DNA of 7,467 nucleotides from Paramicrosporidium saccamoebae KSL3 (Eukaryota; Fungi; Cryptomycota), in NCBI GenBank assembly GCA_002794465.1, contig MTSL01000044.1:1-7467 (forward strand), read 5' to 3'. The position numbers and the translations under genes were made by a program. This document shows positions 1-5,985 of the stretch, in pieces (the first letter of the stretch is position 1; each line of letters begins with the position of its first letter). The notes beneath the pieces are model-generated. The model worked only from the letters and a program-made list of their open reading frames with translations, ran no database searches and was not told the origin of the DNA.

Positions 1-5
1 TAGTC

Positions 6-115
6 CTAGAATAGTATAGATACACATCACATCTCACTGTCCTCAAATACCCCGCTAATCCATCCATTCTATCACACAAATACCCAACTAATCAATCCTC
101 TGCCTCTACATCACA
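6..115 (+). repeat. Left copy of an imperfect inverted repeat (partner 1642..1709), with an internal 33-nt duplication
   Basis: 31..52 (atctcactgtcctcaaataccc) is the exact reverse complement of 1668..1689. 77..94 matches 1659..1676 exactly. Flanking blocks match 17/19, 12/14 and 11/12. The copy may extend past the window start. Confidence 0.9.
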
Positions 116-183
116 CTTTGCTCCTGGTCTGTAGTTAGTTATACACCCCCTAACGCTGTGTCATGCCAATCCGATAAAATTGC

Positions 184-1544
184 TTATTTATTGTGCGGGT
201 CGTATCTATCAACAGCGGGACCGGGGACAGTCTTCCCATCCTTCCCAACCACCAATACACCAATTAAGGCTGGTAATTCCAATCTGGAAACACCCTCTCC
301 CAACAACTCCCAGTCCGTCTCCTCAGTCAACGGCGCCAGATAGAAATCTCTAATTGCCCTCCCCGGATCATGCGCAATCACCGCCCATCTATTATGTTCC
401 GTCAAATATGATATTATAGTTTCTAAGGCGCCTGCTTCATCAGACAGATGGAAAAAAAGCACATCCCGGCTACTGCTGCCAGCGCAGATCTGTCGCACAT
501 AGTCCGAGGCAGTCTTAATAGGGATCCTACCCGAAATGTGCAAATTATGTGGGAGATATTTGAGGAGCGTCTGGTTAGTGTGCGGTCGATTAGGGGAATA
601 CAGAAAAGTCCCCTCCGCCGGAAATCTGCCCAGTTCTGGGAGATAAATTTTACCCAGCCAGCTAGAGTCACTGCTCAACGACCGCATCAACACGCTTGCC
701 GATGCCACTGTGTCTGGATATACTGCTTCCTTATCCCCCATTGGCAAGAAATCTTCTCCTTTGTGCGTTTTCTTTACAAAGCCACTCTCAATGCTTCCGT
801 CGGGGATGGTGAGCTGGGTTATTGATTGTTCCCGAACAGTCCTAATCACCTCAGCAACATCCTCATTTGCCATTTCCTGGGGCGTCATTTCCACGAGCCG
901 GGTAGAGTCGATGGATCCTGTGAAAAGCAGCCTGCGCAATCGGTCATTCTTTGGATCCTTCAGGTTGAATTGCAGAGTGCGGTACTTTGCCTTGTATTTT
1001 GTTCCGCATCGTGTGGCCTCACTGGAACCATGCTGCTCGGGTGTCTCGTCGGCAAGTTTTGCAAAAATGGCAGCTTCAATGGCTGTCGCCAACTCTGTGT
1101 GGTTTTTATACTTGGTATCCTCTGGTTGATCGTCCCAAAATCCAGATAGAACATTGGCAAGGCCTTCCGTTACAGTCTTCCTCACGGGGTCCTCGTCTAC
1201 TCTGTAGTTTGTCACCTTTGGTTGCGGGACAGTCTAAATAATGGTCAAATAAACTGACCATATGATACTCGCATCCTTTTGGGTGCTGCTTCGCTACTGT
1301 TCCGCCTGCTTTTTTGAGAGGAGCTATCCAGTGACTCGGTGCTTTTCTTGGGGCTCTTCTCGCACGGAGGACAGCGGTACTCTTTCAAGCTGTCCAGTGC
1401 ATCTGGTGATACTCCAACGCAGTCAATGTGGTACCTACCGTCACAAATCTTTGTCTAGAGGTACCATTCATCACAGTAATTACATTGGATCATAACACTG
1501 CCATTATCAGGCTGCCGACATGTACAGAAAACTGGCTCGCCCAT
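184..1544 (-). CDS. BYE1: PHD finger + TFIIS central domain + SPOC domain transcription factor (Bye1/DIDO1/PHF3 family), 431 aa; exons 1544-1465, 1434-1269, 1233-184
   Basis: Splicing GT-AG introns at 1464-1435 (30 nt) and 1268-1234 (35 nt) gives MGEPVFCTCRQPDNGSVMIQCNYCDEWYHIDCVGVSPDALDSLKEYRCPPC (C4HC3 PHD). This joins in frame to the 343-aa ORF carrying TFIIS-M (KYKAKYRTLQFNLKDPKN...MTPQEMAN) and SPOC-like (WLGKIYLP...LHISGRIP...DFYLAP) segments. No in-frame ATG lies between 1544 and the upstream in-frame stop. Confidence 0.88.
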
Positions 1545-1641
1545 TCCCGCCGAGCTTTCCAAAAGGAATAAGATTGAAAATGTAATTTTATCGTTTACTA
1601 AGAATGTCGGGTAGCGATGGATTATATGAGATTGGTTCTGT

Positions 1642-1709
1642 TGTGACGTAGAGAAGACTGATTAGTTGGGTATTTGAGGACAGTGAGATATGTATCCATA
1701 CTATTTTAG
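1642..1709 (-). repeat. Right copy (68 bp) of the inverted repeat, 97 nt upstream of the BYE1-like ATG
   Basis: The reverse complement ctaaaatagtatggatacatatctcactgtcctcaaatacccaactaatcagtcttctctacgtcaca aligns to 6..115 with 62 identities in the four aligned blocks (67 columns) and three indels. Confidence 0.9.
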
Positions 1710-1867
1710 AATTGGCAGTGAACAGACCCCCTTCCCATCTGTGGTGTTATCCCCACTACGCGACACTGTGATTTCAACACTTATCAACGTGACTTTAGCT
1801 CGTCAGTTTGCAATTTCAACGCTTTAGTCTTATAGCACATGGCAGTTTTATAATTCCAATACTGTGT

Positions 1868-2395
1868 CTATTCCTTCTTATCAGATTCGACAATATTCTC
1901 TTTTATCAAGAGTGTCTCCAATTCTCCATTTTTGTGCATGTCCATTATAATATCACAGCCACCAACAAAATTTCCCTTTACAAATACCTGTGGAATAGTT
2001 GGCCAAGAGCTACGACATTAAATCACATGCGAAATTACGTGAATTTCTTGACTTCTGAGCGAATGTCCTCGTCTTCAAGGACGTTAATAGCAGTAACTTT
2101 GGGAACTTTTTGAAAATCGAGTATCTGGCACACTGCACGACTAAAGCCGCACTACCGGTTATTGGGCATACAAATAATGTACCATGGGGCTGCGAGGAGT
2201 GCCCTTCATGAATATCACCACGTCGTTATCTCTCACAATCTACAAAGCAAGTCACGCCTGGCGTACTTGCAAGTACCTGCTCGACAAAACTCCTCGCTGC
2301 ATCCTTAGAGTATGGCCTCGAAAACTATCGGTTTAGCGACTGACCAAAGTTACAAGCAAAGCGCCGGGCCGTAGCAAATTTGAAACCCGCAACAT
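1868..2395 (-). CDS. GRX5: Mitochondrial monothiol (CGFS) glutaredoxin, 133 aa; exons 2395-2354, 2324-2277, 2239-2183, 2151-2039, 2009-1868
   Basis: Four GT-AG introns (2353-2325, 2276-2240, 2182-2152, 2038-2010) give [106 protein letters not shown]...DKKE*. It has the [18 protein letters not shown] and GGCD motifs and an Arg-rich, acid-free presequence. Confidence 0.95.
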
Positions 2396-2787
2396 GACAA
2401 AAATTCTATTTTTGTTTTGCGTAATTATTTTACAGAATTCCAAGTAACCGAAATCGGTGACGACTCACTGTGGTCAAGAGCGTCCCGTGGTGATACGATA
2501 GCCTACGCACCGGAACTCCTTATCGTGACACTTTAAGCAAGAGCCCTTTTTATTAAATATCATCTTCATTTATGGGGCGAGACTCAACATCAGATCGTAG
2601 CAACCAATGGGAACTGCTAGGTCTTGAACATGGCGAGTTGGCTCACCACGTCTCAAAGAGCATCGTGAATATTCCCCCTGATTACCGCAAACGTTTGGCG
2701 GAAAAGATTTTATTTATCAGCCCGCAGATACCATGTCCTTGAATCAGGCCATTCAATTCACTAATATTTGATTTTATAATATTGTGA

Positions 2788-3225
2788 CTAGTCAGCGAGG
2801 TAGGCTCTTACTTTATCGAGCACTTGTACCGCAAGCTTTCGGAAATTAGGCAATCGCAGATTATCTTTGATCAAGAAAAGGACGGCCAGGATGCCAGCAA
2901 GTACCACCACTAAATAGAACAGGTCGGCTATTCTCTTGCTGAGAAAGATCCCCAGGAGCGCGATAGACCACCACGGAAACCAACGTCTACGTTTGTGATC
3001 CTTTGGCTGGTTGACTTTTGCAGAAGTAGGCGGGTCTTTGCGTGCAGACGAAGTGTCTCGATCAATAATCGTTGTTACAGTGCATAAACCGGGAATTGTA
3101 AAGGTATATGACTCTTCTAGGACCTTGTTAGTTTCTGAGGCGCGATACATTTCCCGTGCAGTGTGGGGGGGTCGAGATTTATATCCGCCCTCGGCCTCGT
3201 GTCTAGTCTTGATTGGTTGAGCCAT
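2788..3225 (-). CDS. Orphan ORF C, 145 aa, intronless, probable membrane protein with two hydrophobic segments near the C-terminus
   Basis: First ATG at 3225 in good context (atcATGG); the ORF track start at 3237 is GTG. KRRR precedes WFPWWSIALLGIFLS and LFYLVVVLAGILAVLFLI. ATTATAAAA lies 7 nt after the TAG, the same word found after the GRX5 stop. No family recognised. Confidence 0.6.
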   Translation of the reverse strand: MAQPIKTRHEAEGGYKSRPPHTAREMYRASETNKVLEESYTFTIPGLCTVTTIIDRDTSSARKDPPTSAKVNQPKDHKRRRWFPWWSIALLGIFLSKRIADLFYLVVVLAGILAVLFLIKDNLRLPNFRKLAVQVLDKVRAYLAD

Positions 3226-3498
3226 GATGTTTGACACTCGGTATCAATATAATAAACAACTTTGTGCCATTCATCTAGTAGCAATTGCACTGTGACTTGT
3301 GTCAAGTAGAACTGTAAAGTTAATATAAGACAGACTGCTGGTCATAACCTAGATGGCTATCCCACAAGTCAGGTTGGCCTTAAAAGGAGGCACGCCGTTT
3401 AGTAAAGTTTAGGTTAGGATCTGTTCTACCACATACATACCCGTAGGATGATACTTACAGGCCATAAATCATAAGCAAAGATTGCGTTATACATTCAT

Positions 3499-3807
3499 TT
3501 AGAAATTACCACTATTCTGATACATGTGGAACGTTGAAGCAGCAAATCCAGCCCAATCAGTGCCTGCAGGACTCTCTCGCTTAACACTCTCTTCTTTGTA
3601 AATTCGACCATTGCGACAGGTGGTCACAATAGTCTTGACAGTGCTTCCTTGATTGATTACTGTGACTTCACGCCACCATCCCGGTCCCTCCTGTCTTGTT
3701 GTGCGCTTCGTCACAGGAGGATTTGCTTGCGGATGGCTCCAGTCGCGTGATGTATCTCTTTGATGCTGTCCTCTCCACTTTCCCTTCTGATTGCAACCAT
3801 AAAACAT
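3499..3807 (-). CDS. Orphan ORF B, 102 aa, intronless, paralogue of ORF A
   Basis: First in-frame ATG at 3807 (the track's 3831 is GTG, with an in-frame TGA just upstream). It shares W-x-HP, TK..T..EGPG..R..T, R.GRI..E, E.P.G and WA with ORF A: 21 identities in 56 columns by hand. Confidence 0.72.
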   Translation of the reverse strand: MFYGCNQKGKWRGQHQRDTSRDWSHPQANPPVTKRTTRQEGPGWWREVTVINQGSTVKTIVTTCRNGRIYKEESVKRESPAGTDWAGFAASTFHMYQNSGNF

Positions 3808-3827
3808 TGGTGGGAATTCTGGGGTTA

Positions 3828-3869
3828 ACACTCGTGTTCATATATATATAGATGGAGAAATCCGTGTCA
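3828..3869 (-). promoter_or_regulatory. Putative core promoter of ORF B: TGACACGG (3869-3862), TATATATATA (3850-3841), CGAGTGT (3834-3828)
   Basis: The motif and TATA element end 55 and 34 nt upstream of the ATG, versus 56 and 34 nt for ORF A. Function is inferred. Confidence 0.5.
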
Positions 3870-3896
3870 TCACTGGATTGGTCAAATATTATTTAT

Positions 3897-4313
3897 TCAC
3901 CAGTATAAGAATTCATCGAAAAAGTTCTTTGTGATTCCATACGCCCATTCAGCCCATCCTTGTGGCCGCTCTTCATACGTCTTGCGCTCTGTCGTAATAC
4001 GACCATCACGATTTGTCTCGGTGATCACGGTTACACGACCGGCGTGATCTCGAAAGGTAGTAATTGTCCTTTTGTATCCTGGCCCTTCCTCGGTAGTGAT
4101 CTCTTTGGTCATGTCCGGTGGATGCATCCAGGAGGGTTCTTGGTCATTATCCGCATTTTGAGAATTGTTAACACCATAAGTATTGTATGCATTGTAAGCG
4201 TTGCGAGCCTCTTCATTCCACAATGGTGGCGAAAAGGTAATTACACCCCACGGGGTGCTACACTGCACTGACTCGCCATGTACTGGCATGTTGATCGGCT
4301 GACACTTGAACAT
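3897..4313 (-). CDS. Orphan ORF A, 138 aa, intronless, paralogue of ORF B
   Basis: ATG-started open frame, stop TGA fused to AATAAA, TATAAAA 34 nt upstream, and protein similarity to ORF B. No family recognised. Confidence 0.78.
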   Translation of the reverse strand: MFKCQPINMPVHGESVQCSTPWGVITFSPPLWNEEARNAYNAYNTYGVNNSQNADNDQEPSWMHPPDMTKEITTEEGPGYKRTITTFRDHAGRVTVITETNRDGRITTERKTYEERPQGWAEWAYGITKNFFDEFLYW

Positions 4314-4346
4314 TTGAAGAATGTTGACCCCAGGGCTATCCTTTTG

Positions 4347-4376
4347 TTTTATAGTCAGGCATTGTTAGCCGTGTCA
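4347..4376 (-). promoter_or_regulatory. Putative core promoter of ORF A: TGACACGG (4376-4369) and TATAAAA (4353-4347)
   Basis: Canonical TATA box plus an 8-mer shared with ORF B at an equivalent distance. Confidence 0.5.
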
Positions 4377-4431
4377 CCTTGCAATTGGTAGCAATATCCT
4401 TGAGTAATTAAATTTAACGACCCCAGTACGG

Positions 4432-4515
4432 GTCACTATGGTCGAGCGGTCTAAGACGCAGCACTCAAGATGCTGTCTCCGTAAGGGGGCGTGGGTTCGA
4501 ATCCCACTGGTGACA
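4432..4515 (+). tRNA. tRNA-Leu(CAA), intronless, long variable arm, no encoded CCA
   Basis: Acceptor GTCACTA/TGGTGAC, D stem GTC/GAC, anticodon stem CAGCA/TGCTG with loop CT-CAA-GA (anticodon 4466..4468), variable arm TCTCC-GTAA-GGGGG, T arm GTGGG-TTCGAAT-CCCAC, discriminator A. Confidence 0.97.
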
Positions 4516-4520
4516 CATTC

Positions 4521-4525
4521 TTTTT
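4521..4525 (+). terminator. Pol III oligo(T) terminator of the tRNA
   Basis: TTTTT begins 5 nt after the discriminator base. Confidence 0.8.
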
Positions 4526-4829
4526 AGAATTTTGTAACTTGATTCACATTATACATAATCGAGATACATTACGGTAATGCAATTGTATTAACAGCTGTGT
4601 GACGTAGGGCTCTATTATTTACATACAAAAACCATTATCGCACACGACGCACATGCCCAACGAGAGCTGTCCTTTTATTGGATATTTTCCGTCATTTATA
4701 AGGCAAATTCTTTCACCCGATCACCATCCTTTAATTTCAAACTGTTTAGCCACGCACCGACTACTGATTGCTCAATTTTAACAAAAGAATGACCTACCGC
4801 TACTGGTTCCAGGGCTGGAACTTTTCACC

Positions 4830-5965
4830 ATGGGAATCATTGAAAAGATAGCCGATATTGAACGAGAGATTGCCCGTACGCAAAAGAACAAAGGTACAAT
4901 TACTACATATGCCACTGAAATTGTGTAGCCACAGAATATCACTTGGGAATTCTAAAGGCCAAGCTAGCAAAGTACCGCGCCGAACTGTTGGACATCAAGT
5001 CGGGCGGTGGAGGTGGGAAAGGGGAAGGCTTTGACGTAATGAAATCAGGCGACGCGCGTGTCGCGCTGATCGGCTTTCCATCAGTTGGAAAATCCACCCT
5101 CCTCAACAAAGTGACCAAAACGGAAAGTGCCGCGGCTGCATACGAATTCACCACCCTGACGTGCATCCCAGGAAACATTGAATACGAAGGCGCCAATATC
5201 CAACTGCTGGATCTACCCGGGATTATCGAGGGAGCAGCCCAGGGAAAGGGACGAGGAAAACAGGTGATTGCGGTGGCACGGACAGCCGACTTGGTGCTTA
5301 TGATGTTGGATGCAACCCGTGGACCTCAGCAGCGTCGACTATTAGAAGCAGAATTAGAGGCAGTGGGGATCCGATTGAACCGCGTCCGACCAAACATTTC
5401 GTTCCGGACCAAAAGCGCCGGTGGAATTGGCTTCACAGCAACGGTGCGACAATCGTATCTGACAGAAAAGTTTGTGCAGACAATGTTGCACGAATACAAA
5501 ATCTTCCACGCCGAAGTCATTGTGCGGGAAGACTGCACTATGGACGATTTCATTGACGTAGTGGTGGGCAATCGGAAATATTTGAAATGCCTGTATTGCT
5601 ACAACAAGATTGATCAGATTGGCATGGAGGATTTGGATCGGCTGGCAAGGGAGCCCAACACGGTAGTGGTGAGCTGCGAAATGAACCTGAATTTGGACTT
5701 TTTAATACGTCGGATTTGGGAGGAACTGGGTCTTTTGCGACTTTACACAAAGAAGCGGGGAGAATATCCCGACTTTGAAGATGGAGTCATTATCCGAGCG
5801 GGATCTAGCGTAGAGCATCTCTGCCACCGCATCCATCGACAGCTTCCATCAATTTTCAAGTTTGCACTGGTATGGGGAACAAGTGCAAAGCATCAGCCAC
5901 AAAAAGTAGGAATACAGCATCGCCTACAAAATGAAGATGTGATCCAAATTGTAAAGAAGCAATAA
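4830..5965 (+). CDS. DRG2: Developmentally regulated GTP-binding protein 2 (OBG/DRG family with TGS domain), 366 aa; exons 4830-4893, 4929-5965
   Basis: Removing the intron 4894-4928 (35 nt) gives [38 protein letters not shown], the DRG2/Rbg2-type N-terminus. Motifs: G1 GFPSVGKS, G2 YEFTT, G3 DLPG, G4 NKID, C-terminal TGS (WGTSAKHQPQKVG...EDVIQIVKK). Confidence 0.95.
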
Positions 5966-5966
5966 A
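5961..5966 (+). terminator. AATAAA poly(A) signal containing the DRG2 stop codon
   Basis: CAA TAA A. The same kind of placement occurs at 187..192 (-), 3892..3897 (-) and 7425..7430 (+). Confidence 0.6.
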
Positions 5967-5985
5967 CTGTGATGTGATCTGGGCT

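Noticed and set aside
158-1495. Plus-strand and alternative-frame ORFs overlapping the BYE1-like gene, and similar ORFs within ORFs A and C, DRG2 and IDH1
   Set aside because: They are antisense or off-frame shadows of well-supported genes and carry no motifs of their own.
1808-2113. 101-aa plus-strand ORF
   Set aside because: It starts at TTG, has no motif and lies antisense to GRX5 exons 4-5, so it is a shadow ORF.
2247-2270. GRX5 intron hairpin as an iron-responsive element
   Set aside because: The loop is CAG/CAGGCG rather than CAGUGN, there is no bulged C, and it lies in an intron. The IRE/IRP system is not expected in fungi.
2572-2742. 56-aa plus-strand ATG ORF (MGRDSTSDRSNQWELLG...) convergent with ORF C
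   Set aside because: No recognisable motif and none of the 3'-end signals seen at the other genes. It cannot be excluded without RNA-seq.
3451-3461. ATACTTACAGG resembling the U1 snRNA 5' end
   Set aside because: It deviates from ATACTTACCTG, and I found no U1 stem-loops or Sm site downstream.
3668-3841. Alternative-frame ATG at 3841 (57-aa ORF) right after (TA)5
   Set aside because: It overlaps the TATA element, has no similarity to ORF A, and cannot be spliced into ORF B with a plausible intron (the only nearby GT..AG is 13 nt).
3866-3874. GTGATGA (box C-like) on the minus strand
   Set aside because: No CTGA box D or terminal stem at a suitable distance; the word overlaps the promoter motif.
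4567-4579. CATTAC-G-GTAATG palindrome downstream of the tRNA
   Set aside because: A single 6-bp-arm palindrome in AT-rich intergenic DNA with no second occurrence is compatible with chance.
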